64,000 bases of DNA from Candidatus Eiseniibacteriota bacterium. Its GTDB lineage: Bacteria > Eisenbacteria > RBG-16-71-46 > CAZAMP01. The notes beneath the pieces were generated by a model. It saw only the letters and a list, made by a program, of their open reading frames with translations. It was not told the DNA's origin and did no database searches. Shown here one piece after another: positions 38,347-48,745 of this stretch. Both the position numbers and the translations under genes were made by a program. How positions within the stretch are numbered: position 1 is the first letter of the stretch; the number at the start of each line of letters is the position of its first letter. The stretch is taken from positions 5,600,001-5,664,000 of the forward strand of contig OZ245046.1 in the NCBI GenBank assembly GCA_965224245.1, given 5' to 3'.

Positions 38347-40311
38347 ATGATCACACGACGGACACCGACCACACGATACGACGTCCTCGTCGTCGGAGCG
38401 GGGCACGCCGGATGCGAGGCCGCGCTGGCCGCGGCCCGCATGGGCGCGACCGTGGCCCTGTGCACGCTGAGCCGCCGGAAGGTGGCCGAGATGCCGTGTA
38501 ACCCGGCGATCGGCGGCCTGGCCAAGAGCCACCTCGTGCGAGAGCTCGACGCACTGGGCGGCGCCATGGGGCGGGTCATCGACCGGACGGGCATCCAGTT
38601 CCGGATGCTCAACCGGGCCAAAGGACCGGCCGTGCGCGCACCCCGCGCCCAGGCGGACAAGGTCCGCTATCACCGCGCCATGCTCGGGGTGATCGAGGCG
38701 CAGCCGGGCATCGACCTGATCGAGGCGGAGGTCACGGGCATCCGTTTCGACGGAAGCCGGGTCGCCGGTGTCGTCCTCGCGGACGTCGCCGCGCATGGCC
38801 GGGGCGCCGAGGGGACGTCACGCGGAGGCGGCGGCGATCGCCAGGAGCTCGCCTGCGGGGCGGTCGTGATCACCACCGGCACGTTCCTGTACGGGCTCAT
38901 GCACATCGGGGACCGCCGCATGGAGGGGGGGCGCCGCGGCGAGCGACGCACGACCGAGCTCTCGGACTGCATCCGGTCGCTGGGGCTCGAGCTGGCGCGG
39001 TTCAAGACCGGGACCCCGCCCCGCGTGCACCGGCGGAGCGTTCGCACCGATCTCATGGAGGAGCAGCCGGGCGAGTCTCCCCTTCCACGTTTCAGCCACT
39101 TCGACGTCGCGAACGCCAGTCCGCAGGTGTCGTGCTGGATCACCCGCACGACCGAGCGCACCGCGTCCATCATCCGGACGAACTTGCACCGATCGCCGCT
39201 GTACGCGGGTAGCATCCAGGGGATCGGTCCCCGCTACTGTCCGTCGGTCGAGGACAAGATCGTCAAGTTCCCCGACAAGCCGTCGCACCAGATCTTCCTG
39301 GAGCCCGAAGGGCTCGACGTGGACGAGATGTACGTCAACGGGCTGTCCACGAGCATGCCGGAGGCGGTGCAGCAGGAGATGGTGCACTCGATCCCGGGAC
39401 TCGAGACGGCCGAGATCCTGCGGCCCGGGTACGCCGTCGAGTACGACTGCATCCCGCCGGTTCAGCTGGATCGCACGTTGATGGTGACGGCGTACCCGGG
39501 TCTGTTCTTCGCCGGACAGATCAACGGGACCTCGGGCTACGAGGAGGCAGCCGCGCAGGGCCTCGTGGGCGGCGTCAATGCGGTCCAGTACCTGCGCGGT
39601 GCCGAGCCGCTGGTCCCGGGGCGGGCCGACGGCTACATCGGCGTTCTGATCGACGATCTGGTCACGCGGGGCACGCGCGAGCCGTATCGCATGTTCACCA
39701 GTCAGGCGGAGTATCGTCTGATGCTGCGCTGCGACAACGCGGGCGATCGCTTCGGCGAGACCGCGCGCCGCCTCGGGCTGCTGACCGACGCCGAGGCCGA
39801 TCGCCTCGCGCACGAGTCCGGCGCCGCGGCCGACCGCGTCGCTGCCCTCGATCGCTCGCCGGTGCCCAGAGACGCGCTGGAGCGACTCGCCGAGGTCACC
39901 GGCACCCCGGTCTCCGGCAACGTCCGGAGCTGGGCCGAGCTGGTCAGGCGACCGGACTACTCGCTGTCCGACCTCGTGGCCGCCGGCCTCGTGCTGTTCG
40001 ACGACGCGTGCCGCGACCGATTCCCGTCGATCGACGAGGAGCGGGTGATCGAAAAGATCGAGAACGAGATCACGTACGCCGGGTACATCCGACGGATGGA
40101 GGATGAGATCCGACGCCACCGAGCCCTCGAGGAACGACGCATCCCCGCGTCCGTGCTCGAGCGGGATCTCACCGGCCTCTCCTCGGAGGCGGTGGCCAAG
40201 CTGCGCGCGGTGCGCCCCGAGACGTTCGGCCAGGCGAGGCGCATCTCGGGCGTCACACCCGCCGACCTGTCGGTCCTGATGGTGCACGTGGAGCGGCATC
40301 GGCGCTCCTGA
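38347..40311 (+). CDS. mnmG: tRNA uridine-5-carboxymethylaminomethyl(34) synthesis enzyme MnmG
   Basis: GAGHAGCEAA, MPCNPAIGG, RFKTGTPPR, GPRYCPSVEDK and AGQINGTSGYEEAAAQG motifs. Confidence 0.97.
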   Translation: MITRRTPTTRYDVLVVGAGHAGCEAALAAARMGATVALCTLSRRKVAEMPCNPAIGGLAKSHLVRELDALGGAMGRVIDRTGIQFRMLNRAKGPAVRAPRAQADKVRYHRAMLGVIEAQPGIDLIEAEVTGIRFDGSRVAGVVLADVAAHGRGAEGTSRGGGGDRQELACGAVVITTGTFLYGLMHIGDRRMEGGRRGERRTTELSDCIRSLGLELARFKTGTPPRVHRRSVRTDLMEEQPGESPLPRFSHFDVANASPQVSCWITRTTERTASIIRTNLHRSPLYAGSIQGIGPRYCPSVEDKIVKFPDKPSHQIFLEPEGLDVDEMYVNGLSTSMPEAVQQEMVHSIPGLETAEILRPGYAVEYDCIPPVQLDRTLMVTAYPGLFFAGQINGTSGYEEAAAQGLVGGVNAVQYLRGAEPLVPGRADGYIGVLIDDLVTRGTREPYRMFTSQAEYRLMLRCDNAGDRFGETARRLGLLTDAEADRLAHESGAAADRVAALDRSPVPRDALERLAEVTGTPVSGNVRSWAELVRRPDYSLSDLVAAGLVLFDDACRDRFPSIDEERVIEKIENEITYAGYIRRMEDEIRRHRALEERRIPASVLERDLTGLSSEAVAKLRAVRPETFGQARRISGVTPADLSVLMVHVERHRRS

Positions 40312-40471
40312 CGTTCGCGACGTTCCGGTGCGCGACACCGCGAGGATGGCGTCCACCGCGGGGAGATTCCGCCGCCGCGTGCGCGCGAACTCCGATACAC
40401 TCTTCGGTGGACTGCACGTCATTCGTTTGACACGAGCGAACGCCGATCGATCGCACCCCTCGGAGGACTCC

Positions 40472-43069
40472 ATGCGCTCTCGTCCGATCGCGCCGCCAGC
40501 CGTCGCCGGCGTCATCGCGCTGGCCCTGACCCCGCTCTCCACCGTCGTCGTCGCGTCCGTTCCGGTCATGAGCGCCTCGGGTGAGCCCGGCATCGAGCGC
40601 CTCGTCGTCGACGGCGCGGCCACCGTCGACGAGCTCCTGGCCCGCGGTAGCTACATCTTCCCCGAGGACGTGGATCCCGGCATCGCACCCGAGGGCGACG
40701 CGATGCTCGACGTCACGTTCACGCCGGACGGCTCCCGCTTCGTGGTCGCGCAGCGCGAGACGAACAACGTCACCGTGTACGACTGGTCGACGATGGCGCC
40801 CGTGGCCACCGTGGGCGTCGGCACCGGACCCGGGGGCGTGGCCTGCACCGCCGACTACGCCGTGGTCGCCTGCGGTTTCTCGGACGAGGCCTGGGTGATC
40901 GACCTCGGCGACTACTCGGTCGCGGCCGTGATCGCGACCGGCGAGCAGCCGTGGGTCGTTCGCGTGAGCCCCGACGGCTCACGGGCCTTCGTGGCGTGTG
41001 ACGTCTCGGACACCTGCGAGATCATCGATCTGACGACGCTGATGCACGCCGGGACGATCGAGGCGTTTCCGATCGCGCTCCTCACGTTCTCGTTCGCGGC
41101 CGAGAACGGACGGTCGTCGTTCTCGTTCTCCGAGTTCGAGGTGAGCCCCGACGGGGCCCATCTGCTCGTGCCGGACCTCGTGAACGAGGTCCGTCTCTAC
41201 GACACGACGACCGGTGCGCTCGTGGATCAGGTCACCGGCATCCCGAACGCGGTCGCGGTGGGCCTGTCCGCCGACGGGTCCACGCTGGTCGCGCTGGACG
41301 CGACGACCGATCCCGGGGTCGCGTATCAGGTCGATCTCACCAGCCGGGCGGTGACGGGATCGGTGGTGTTTCCCACCACGATCGCCACACGACAGGTCGC
41401 GGTGAACCAGAACGGGTCGAAGTGCTACGTCGGCCTGAGCGGCAACCAGTCCGCGATCGGTCGCTTCGCGACCTCCGATGCGGTGACGTTCGCGTCCACG
41501 TTCACGGCGTTCTGGATCGGGTCGACAGCGGACCATCGCTACGCGATCAGCGGGCAGAACCGCTTCTCGATCGTCGACTTCGACACCGAGACGATGGTGG
41601 CTCAGGTCCCGAATCACAACCAGAGCATCGGCGCGGTCTCGCCGGTGCTGGACCGTGTGGCGTCGTTCGATCCGCTGCGAAACGAGGTGATCCACCAGTT
41701 CGACGTCGCCACGCCGGCGGCTCCGGTGTACCGCGGGACGACGCCCGCGGGCGAGGCCCCGGAGGGCGACTGTCCGTATCGTGTCGCCCTCCACGGGGGG
41801 ACGGCCGTCGTCGGGAACGTCATGTCGGAGACAGCGACGATCCTCCACGACGGGGTGGTCTCGTCGATCCTGCACGTCGGCGAGCGCACGAAGGACGCCG
41901 CGATCTCGGCGGACGGGACGGTCGCCGTCGTGTGTGCGCAGGAGGCGCATCAGGTGGCCGTGATCGACCTCCTCTCCGAGACGGTCGACGCGATCGTGCC
42001 CACGAACCTCCGGCCCGCCGGCGTCGTCCTCACGCCCGACGGCACACGCGCGTACGTGGCCAACATCCAGTCGAACACGGTCTCGGTCGTGTCGCTGGCC
42101 GGCGCGTCGAGCACCGAGATCGCCGAGCTCCCGGTGGGGACGATCGGTGTCACGTTCGCCGCGTTCGGCGTCACCAGCGGCGTCGCGATGAGCCCGACCG
42201 GCGAGTACGTGCTCGTGGCGGCGTCGTTCGACGACAACGTGAAGGTCATCTCGACGGCCACGAACTCGATCGTGGCCACGCTGCCCGTCGGCGACTTTCC
42301 GCTCTCCCTCGCCTTCAACGCCGATGGATCCCGCGCGATCGTGACCAACTACCAGGGCGACAGCATCTCGCTCCTCGCCATCGACGGTGCGGCGTCGTCG
42401 GTCGTGACCACGACCGCGGTGGGGGACGGCCCGCTCCGCGTGGCGTTCAGCCCGGCAGAGAACCTGTTCGGCGTCGCAGTCTACTCGGCGAAGACGCTGG
42501 TCGAGATCGACGATACGACCGGCGCGATCGCCGACAGTCACGGCTTCGCGTCGTTCGGCAACGTGATCGACGTCGGCTACGACGACAGCGGGCTCTACGT
42601 CGTGCTTCTGGGACCGTCCGCGGACGTCGGCGGACACGTGATCGTCGAGGATGTGGGAATGGTCACGGTTCCGACGTCGCCGTCGTCGTTCGCGGTGACG
42701 CCCACGCGCATGGTGGTCACGATGCCGGGACCCGACGTGCTCACCGTCATCGACTGGGACGGTCCGATCTCGACGCCGGAGGTGGCGACGGTGAGCCCGT
42801 CGGCCCCCTTCGGGGTCGGCGCGCCGCGCCCCCAGCCCGCGCGGGGCACGACCCACCTGGATCTCGTTCTCGGTCATGCGGCCGACGTCACGCTCCGGAT
42901 CGTCGACGTGTCCGGACGCGAGCGCGCGCGCATCGCCGAGGGACGTTTCGACGCCGGCCGACACGACGTGAGCTGGGACACGCGCGACGTCGCGCCGGGG
43001 GTGTACTGGGCGACGCTGGAGGCCGGCGGGCGAACGGTCGCCAGCCGACGGGTCGTGGTCGCGCGCTGA
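40472..43069 (+). CDS. Secreted YncE/YVTN-type beta-propeller protein with C-terminal FlgD-Ig/T9SS-like domain
   Basis: GGAGG RBS, signal peptide, repeated (T/S)PDGxRAxV..V.VID blades; tail PRPQPARG...IVDVSGRE...WDT..VAPGVYW...RRVVVAR. Confidence 0.85.
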   Translation: MRSRPIAPPAVAGVIALALTPLSTVVVASVPVMSASGEPGIERLVVDGAATVDELLARGSYIFPEDVDPGIAPEGDAMLDVTFTPDGSRFVVAQRETNNVTVYDWSTMAPVATVGVGTGPGGVACTADYAVVACGFSDEAWVIDLGDYSVAAVIATGEQPWVVRVSPDGSRAFVACDVSDTCEIIDLTTLMHAGTIEAFPIALLTFSFAAENGRSSFSFSEFEVSPDGAHLLVPDLVNEVRLYDTTTGALVDQVTGIPNAVAVGLSADGSTLVALDATTDPGVAYQVDLTSRAVTGSVVFPTTIATRQVAVNQNGSKCYVGLSGNQSAIGRFATSDAVTFASTFTAFWIGSTADHRYAISGQNRFSIVDFDTETMVAQVPNHNQSIGAVSPVLDRVASFDPLRNEVIHQFDVATPAAPVYRGTTPAGEAPEGDCPYRVALHGGTAVVGNVMSETATILHDGVVSSILHVGERTKDAAISADGTVAVVCAQEAHQVAVIDLLSETVDAIVPTNLRPAGVVLTPDGTRAYVANIQSNTVSVVSLAGASSTEIAELPVGTIGVTFAAFGVTSGVAMSPTGEYVLVAASFDDNVKVISTATNSIVATLPVGDFPLSLAFNADGSRAIVTNYQGDSISLLAIDGAASSVVTTTAVGDGPLRVAFSPAENLFGVAVYSAKTLVEIDDTTGAIADSHGFASFGNVIDVGYDDSGLYVVLLGPSADVGGHVIVEDVGMVTVPTSPSSFAVTPTRMVVTMPGPDVLTVIDWDGPISTPEVATVSPSAPFGVGAPRPQPARGTTHLDLVLGHAADVTLRIVDVSGRERARIAEGRFDAGRHDVSWDTRDVAPGVYWATLEAGGRTVASRRVVVAR

Positions 43070-43111
43070 CGAGGACCGAGGAGCGCGCCGGCCCGCCGAC
43101 GGGGAAGCGCG

Positions 43112-44266
43112 TCAGCTCGACGGCGTGAGCGCGTCCGAGAGATCGGCGATCAGATCCTCGATCGCCTCGATGCCGATCGAGAGCCGGAGGAGATCCTCGG
43201 GCACCGGCGTGCCCTCGCCCTCGACCGGCGCGCGATGCTCGATGAGACTCTCCACACCGCCCAGCGACGTCGCGTTCCGGAACACGCGGGTGCGACCGGC
43301 GACCGCGCGTGCGGCGTCGAACCCGCCCCGTACCCGGCACGACACGATGGGGCCGAACCCGCCGTGCATCTGCCCTGCGGCGAGCGCGTGTCCGGGGAAG
43401 TCGGGCAGACCGGGGTAGAACACCTCGAGAACCTCGGGCTGCTCGGACAGCGCCTCGGCCACCGCCATCGCGTTCGCGCAGGCGCGCTCGACCCTGAGCA
43501 CCAGCGTGCGCATGCCGCGCAGGAGAAGCCAGCACTCGAACGGACCGAGTATCGCGCCGCGTCGAGCACGCTGGCGGCGGATGTCCTGCCACCGCTCTCC
43601 GCGGGCATCTCGCGTCACCAGCGCGCCGGCCACGACGTCGGTGTGCCCGTTCAGGGACTTCGTGGCCGAGTGCATGACCACGTCGACGCCGAGCTCGAGA
43701 GGTCTCGTCAGGATCGGCGTGGCGAACGTGTTGTCAGCCACCACGAGAGCGCCGGCACGGTGCGCGATCTCGGTGGCCGCCGCGATGTCGGTGATCCGGC
43801 ACGTCGGGTTGGCGGGTGTCTCGATCCACACGAGATGGGTCTCGCCGGGCCGCATCGCGGCATGCAGCGCGTCGAGGTCGCCGGTGGGTACGAGATCGAG
43901 GGTCAGTCGCCCCGCGGTCGCAATCTCCTCCAGCCACCGCCGGAGCGACCAGTACATGATCGTCGGCGCCACCACGTGCGCACCGACCGGCAGCGAGTCG
44001 ACGACGGCGGTCGCCGCGGCCATGCCCGAGCTGAACACGATCGCGTCGGTGCCACCCTCCAGATCGGCGAGCAGGGCCTCGGCGTGCTCGAACGTGGGGT
44101 TTTCGTCGCGCGAGTAGCTGCGTCCGTCGGGATACGAGCCGTCGGGTGCGCGCTCGTAGATGGCCGACGCGTGAATGGGCGGCACGATCGCGCGCGTGGT
44201 CGGATCGATCGGGGCCAGCGCCTGCGCGGCACGCGTGGCTGGAGAGAGTGGCTTCGGGTCTGACAT
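43112..44266 (-). CDS. PLP-dependent trans-sulfuration enzyme (cystathionine gamma-synthase/lyase family)
   Basis: YSRDENPT, FSSGMAA, ETPANP, DNTFATP, HSATKSLNGH and SLGGVESL motifs. Confidence 0.93.
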   Translation of the reverse strand: MSDPKPLSPATRAAQALAPIDPTTRAIVPPIHASAIYERAPDGSYPDGRSYSRDENPTFEHAEALLADLEGGTDAIVFSSGMAAATAVVDSLPVGAHVVAPTIMYWSLRRWLEEIATAGRLTLDLVPTGDLDALHAAMRPGETHLVWIETPANPTCRITDIAAATEIAHRAGALVVADNTFATPILTRPLELGVDVVMHSATKSLNGHTDVVAGALVTRDARGERWQDIRRQRARRGAILGPFECWLLLRGMRTLVLRVERACANAMAVAEALSEQPEVLEVFYPGLPDFPGHALAAGQMHGGFGPIVSCRVRGGFDAARAVAGRTRVFRNATSLGGVESLIEHRAPVEGEGTPVPEDLLRLSIGIEAIEDLIADLSDALTPSS

Positions 44267-44524
44267 CGTCACCTCGCGACGGGCTGGCGAGGGGCTCGGT
44301 CGCGGATCGCGACCGCGGCCCCGGGCGTGGGACGCGACAGTATGTTTCGCGCGACCGATCGAAGTCCAGAGGTCGTCGACGAAGCGTGACCCCCCGGGGG
44401 GGCGCCCGGCGCGGTCGAGAATCCTCCCGGGATGCGGGTGGGTAAGGTATCCTCGACCCCGGGCCGCTCGCCGACGGAGGCGTCAACGGACGAGCGCTCT
44501 GCCGCACGCCGACTCGAGGTGGCC

Positions 44525-47500
44525 ATGGTGCCAGAATCGGATGCGCCCGATCTTCACTCCCGCCCGAGACACGAACGTCCGGAATCGCCACGAGACGGTC
44601 GCACCGCCGGCTCCGCGCCGTCGCCCGGAGACGTGGCGGCGCCACGCGGCGTCCCACAGCGAGTCGGTCGCTATCGCGTGCTCCGAGAGCTCGGCCGTGG
44701 GGGGATGGGCGTGGTCTACCTCGGTGAGGACTCCACGCTCGGCCGCAAGCTCGCGATCAAGGTGCTTTCGGCGGATCTGGCCGCCGACGCGACCCGCCTC
44801 GCCCGCTTCGAGCGCGAAGCGCGGCTCCTCGCGTCGCTGAATCATCCCAACATCGCCGTCGTCCACTCGTTCGAGCATGACCGGCAGGATGTGTTCATGA
44901 CGATGGAGTTCGTCGAGGGCGAGTCGCTGGAGTCACGGCTCGAGCGGACACGCCTGAGCGTGGCGGAGACGCTCGACCTCATACGACAGGTGGCGGACGC
45001 CCTCGACGCCGCCCACGAGCGCGGCGTCGTTCATCGCGATCTGAAGCCGGCCAACGTGATGCTGACCGCATCGGGGCGGGTGAAGATCCTGGACTTCGGA
45101 CTCGCGAAGTCTGTGATGGGGGCGGGCGCCGTCTCCGAGAGCCTGACCCTGGCCGGCGCCATCCTGGGCACGCTCGGCTATGCGAGCCCCGAGCAGCTGC
45201 GGTCCGAGGACGTGGACGAACGCACGGATCTCTGGGCGTTCGGCTGCGTCGCGTACCAGTGCCTCACCGGGCGGCCGCCGTTTCCCGGTCGCACCACGCT
45301 GGAGGTCATCGACGCGACGCTCGGGGCGAGCCCGGACTGGACCGCCCTGCCGGTGGACGTGCCGGACGACGTCCGGGCGTTGATCGAGTCGTGTCTCGCG
45401 CGAGACCGCGACGACCGCCCGAGCGACATGACCGCCGTGTGCAACGTCCTGAATCGGACGCCGGGCACCACGATTCCTCGGCCGCGGAGGGATCCGGCCG
45501 AGGTGCCCCACAACCTCCCGAGACCGATCTCGAGCTTCGTCGGACGACGCGCGCAGCTCGGTGAGCTCGGCGAGCTGATCCGGAGCGAGCGCCTCTGCTC
45601 ACTGGTCGGTCCCGGCGGCTGCGGCAAGACCCGATTGTCGATCGAGTTCGCCTGCCGGAATCTCGGCGAGTTTCCACAGGGCGTGTGGTTCGTCGAGCTC
45701 GCTCCGTTCGACGACGCGGCGGCGTTGCTCGGCGCGGTCGCGATGACGATCGGCGTCCGCAAGGAGGAGGGTCGCACGCTCACCCAGACGATCGTGCGGA
45801 CCCTCGCCGACGCACCTGCGCTCCTGGTGCTGGACAACTGCGAGCACCTGATCGACGCCTGTGCAGAGCTGGTCACCGCGTGTCTGGAGGCAGGGTCCGC
45901 GCTACGGATCCTGACCACCAGTCGGGAGCCGCTGCGCGTGAGGGGTGAATGCGTCCATCGTCTGCCGCCGCTCGAGCTGCCCGCGGAGCGAACGAGCCAC
46001 GCCCTCGACGAGCTGAAGGACGTGGAGGCCGTTCGGCTGTTCAGCGACCGCGCGGCGTCCGCGGGAGCCGGCTTCGAGCTGGACGACACCAACGCCGCCG
46101 ACGTCGTCGAGATCTGCCGCCGGCTGGACGGCATCCCGCTGGCACTGGAGCTCGCCGCGGCACGCACACCGATACTATCCGTCGCCGAGATCGCCGATCG
46201 TCTCGGCGATCGTTTCCGGCTACTGACGTCGGGTACCCGGGGGGCGCTGCCGCACCATCAGACGCTGAGGGTCTCGATCGACTGGAGCCACGAGCTCCTG
46301 TCGCCGGCCGAGCAGAGCCTGTTTCGACGACTCGCGGTGTTCTCGGGCGGATGGACGTTGCCGTCGGCGGAGGCCGTGTGTGCGTTCGGCGAGCTGGCCG
46401 CCGACGACATCCTCGACGTCAGCGGCTCGCTGATCGCCCGCTCGCTGGTGGAGGTGTCGCGAGATCGGCTGCCGGCGCCCGGCGGTCCGCGTTACTCCAT
46501 GCTGGAGACGATTCGCGCGTACGCGCTCGAGCGTCTGGCCGAGTCCAGCGATCGTGACCCGGTGGAGCGGCACCACCGTGATCACATCCTCGAGCTGGTC
46601 GAGCGGGCCGCGCCCATGCTGTCGGGGTCGGCCCAGGCGGAGTGGTTCGACCGGCTCGCGGCCGAGCACGACAACCTGGTCGCGGTGCTCTTCCGATGTC
46701 TGGATCGGGGAGACGTCGGCGCCGCCGTCCGGATCGTCGAGGTGGTCAGTCGCTTCTGGCGCGTCCGCGGGCACTGGGCGATCGGGCGTCTCTCGTGCAC
46801 GCGCGTGCTCGAACATCCCGGCTGTCCGGCGAGCTCGACCGATCGGGCGATCGTGCTCGAGTGCGCGGGGAAGCTCGAGTGGAAGGCCGGTGAGGCCGAG
46901 CTGGCCGAGCGCTACTTCGAGGAGGCGCTCGAGATCGCCACCCGCGTGGGTGCCGAGGCCGTCACCGCGAACGCACTGCGTGGCCTGGGGAGCATCGCGC
47001 AGCAACACGGTGACCACGCGAAGGCCGGCGCCCGCCTGGAGGAGAGTCTCGAGATCGCGCGACGGCTCGGCGACGAGATCGGTGTGGCCGAAGCGCTCAA
47101 CGCGCTGGGTTCGCTGAGTCACGCTTCGGGGGATCTCACCCGGGCGTCGGCCCGATTCGAGGAGTCTCTCGACATCTGGCGGCAGGCGGAGGACGGGGTC
47201 AGCGCCGCGAACGTCCTCAACAACCTGGCCGTCGTCGCAATGCGCCGCGGCGATTTCGATCGAGCCCTGGAGCTGTTCGGCGAGAGCCTCGGTCACGCGC
47301 GTGCGGTCCGCGACGAGCACGCGGTGGCGGCGACGTTGAACAACCTCGGGATGGTGGCTCACATGATGTCCGACGACGCCGGCGCGCGCGGGTACTTCGA
47401 GTCCGCGCTCGAGATCCGACGTCGGATGAAGAATCCGTGGGGGGTCGCGCTGGCACTGCGCAACCTGGGCGAGGTGACCGACGACCCGGACGAGGCCACG

Positions 47501-47962
47501 GCGCTCCAGGAGGAGAGTCTCGCGATCGCGAAGCGACTCGGTGATCGCGAGGGCATCGCGAACTGCCTCGGGAACTTGGGGAGCCTCGCGGCGGCGCGCG
47601 GCGACCATGTGGAGGCAGTGGCGCTTCAGGCCGAGCAGCTGGAGATCCTGCGCGACCTCGAGAACCGCGTCGGTGTCATCGAGAGCCTCGAATCGCTGGG
47701 GCTCGTCCTCGTCTCGCTGGGTCGGCTGGCGCCCGCCGTTCGGACCCTGGCCGCGGCCGGCTCGCTGCGGGAGAGGGCCCGGGCTCCCCTTCCGCCCGCG
47801 GACCACACCCGACTCGATCGCGGCGCGAACGCCGCCCGGGAGGGACTGGACGCTCGAGAGTTCGAGACGGCATGGACGGAGGGCCGCGCGATGAGCGCGG
47901 ACGCCGCGGTCGACTCCGTCCTCGCCGAGGCCGGGCGGCACGCCCCGGCACACGACATCTAG
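44525..47962 (+). CDS. Ser/Thr protein kinase fused to a STAND-type NTPase and TPR repeats
   Basis: Kinase motifs GRGGMGVVY, AIK, HRDLKPAN, DFG and GYASPE; Walker A GPGGCGKT, Walker B LLVLDNCEH, LDGIPLALELAA; C-terminal LNNLG-type TPR repeats. Start uncertain. Confidence 0.92.
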   Translation: MVPESDAPDLHSRPRHERPESPRDGRTAGSAPSPGDVAAPRGVPQRVGRYRVLRELGRGGMGVVYLGEDSTLGRKLAIKVLSADLAADATRLARFEREARLLASLNHPNIAVVHSFEHDRQDVFMTMEFVEGESLESRLERTRLSVAETLDLIRQVADALDAAHERGVVHRDLKPANVMLTASGRVKILDFGLAKSVMGAGAVSESLTLAGAILGTLGYASPEQLRSEDVDERTDLWAFGCVAYQCLTGRPPFPGRTTLEVIDATLGASPDWTALPVDVPDDVRALIESCLARDRDDRPSDMTAVCNVLNRTPGTTIPRPRRDPAEVPHNLPRPISSFVGRRAQLGELGELIRSERLCSLVGPGGCGKTRLSIEFACRNLGEFPQGVWFVELAPFDDAAALLGAVAMTIGVRKEEGRTLTQTIVRTLADAPALLVLDNCEHLIDACAELVTACLEAGSALRILTTSREPLRVRGECVHRLPPLELPAERTSHALDELKDVEAVRLFSDRAASAGAGFELDDTNAADVVEICRRLDGIPLALELAAARTPILSVAEIADRLGDRFRLLTSGTRGALPHHQTLRVSIDWSHELLSPAEQSLFRRLAVFSGGWTLPSAEAVCAFGELAADDILDVSGSLIARSLVEVSRDRLPAPGGPRYSMLETIRAYALERLAESSDRDPVERHHRDHILELVERAAPMLSGSAQAEWFDRLAAEHDNLVAVLFRCLDRGDVGAAVRIVEVVSRFWRVRGHWAIGRLSCTRVLEHPGCPASSTDRAIVLECAGKLEWKAGEAELAERYFEEALEIATRVGAEAVTANALRGLGSIAQQHGDHAKAGARLEESLEIARRLGDEIGVAEALNALGSLSHASGDLTRASARFEESLDIWRQAEDGVSAANVLNNLAVVAMRRGDFDRALELFGESLGHARAVRDEHAVAATLNNLGMVAHMMSDDAGARGYFESALEIRRRMKNPWGVALALRNLGEVTDDPDEATALQEESLAIAKRLGDREGIANCLGNLGSLAAARGDHVEAVALQAEQLEILRDLENRVGVIESLESLGLVLVSLGRLAPAVRTLAAAGSLRERARAPLPPADHTRLDRGANAAREGLDAREFETAWTEGRAMSADAAVDSVLAEAGRHAPAHDI

Positions 47963-47971
47963 GAGGTCGAG

Positions 47972-48520
47972 ATGCGTCATCGAGAGAGGTCGTGGACTCG
48001 CGCGAGGTCCTGGTGCCTCGCACTCATCGGATCGCTGGTGGTCGCCGGGGGCGCGTTCGCGGACGACTGCGACTCGCGAGCGGTTCCGATCGTTCCGTCC
48101 GCGAAGCAGTCGCGGGTGTGGGAGATCACCCAGACGTCGGTGTCGATGTACACGGTGGACCTGAACGTCGACGGCTTCACGACGTCCGTCACGATCCAGG
48201 AGGATTCCAGCCCGGGTCAGACCGCCAACGACATCCGCGACGAGCTCGTCGCGGTACTTCCGGGCAACTACACGGTGTCGGTGGTCGTCTGCAACAGCAC
48301 CCGGGCGCTGGTCAGGGTGACGAAGGACAGCGGGGAGATCGACCCCTTCCTGCCCGCGTCGTTCACCGACGGCTCGCAGAGGCTCCAGGAGGTACTCCTG
48401 GTCAACACGAACGCCGTCCCGTCGCTCGGGCTCGTCGGTGTCGCGCTCGTGATGATCCTGTCCGTGGTGATCGGCGTCTCGGTTCGCCGACGCCGGTCGC
48501 GCCCGATCGTCGGCACCTGA
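47972..48520 (+). CDS. Secreted/surface protein with IPTL-CTERM-like sorting signal
   Basis: AGGAGG RBS overlapping the upstream stop; signal peptide ending AFA; C-terminal VPSL, TM helix, then RRRR. Confidence 0.72.
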   Translation: MRHRERSWTRARSWCLALIGSLVVAGGAFADDCDSRAVPIVPSAKQSRVWEITQTSVSMYTVDLNVDGFTTSVTIQEDSSPGQTANDIRDELVAVLPGNYTVSVVVCNSTRALVRVTKDSGEIDPFLPASFTDGSQRLQEVLLVNTNAVPSLGLVGVALVMILSVVIGVSVRRRRSRPIVGT

Positions 48521-48745
48521 CGATCGCGGCCGTCGCGGCCCGCCGAGAGCCGCGCGGCCGCCGGCGACACGCCCCGGTGGTGCATTCCAGCCCCTCGACG
48601 CCGGGTCGTGGCCGGCGATTCCCGCCGGGAACCGGAGCGCGGATTCGTCGCCCTTGGTGACCGGGAGCGTTGCCGATAGAATCAGACGACGGCGGCTGGA
48701 CGCCGCCGACCACACACGACCCGAAACGCAGCTCAGGACGACCTC

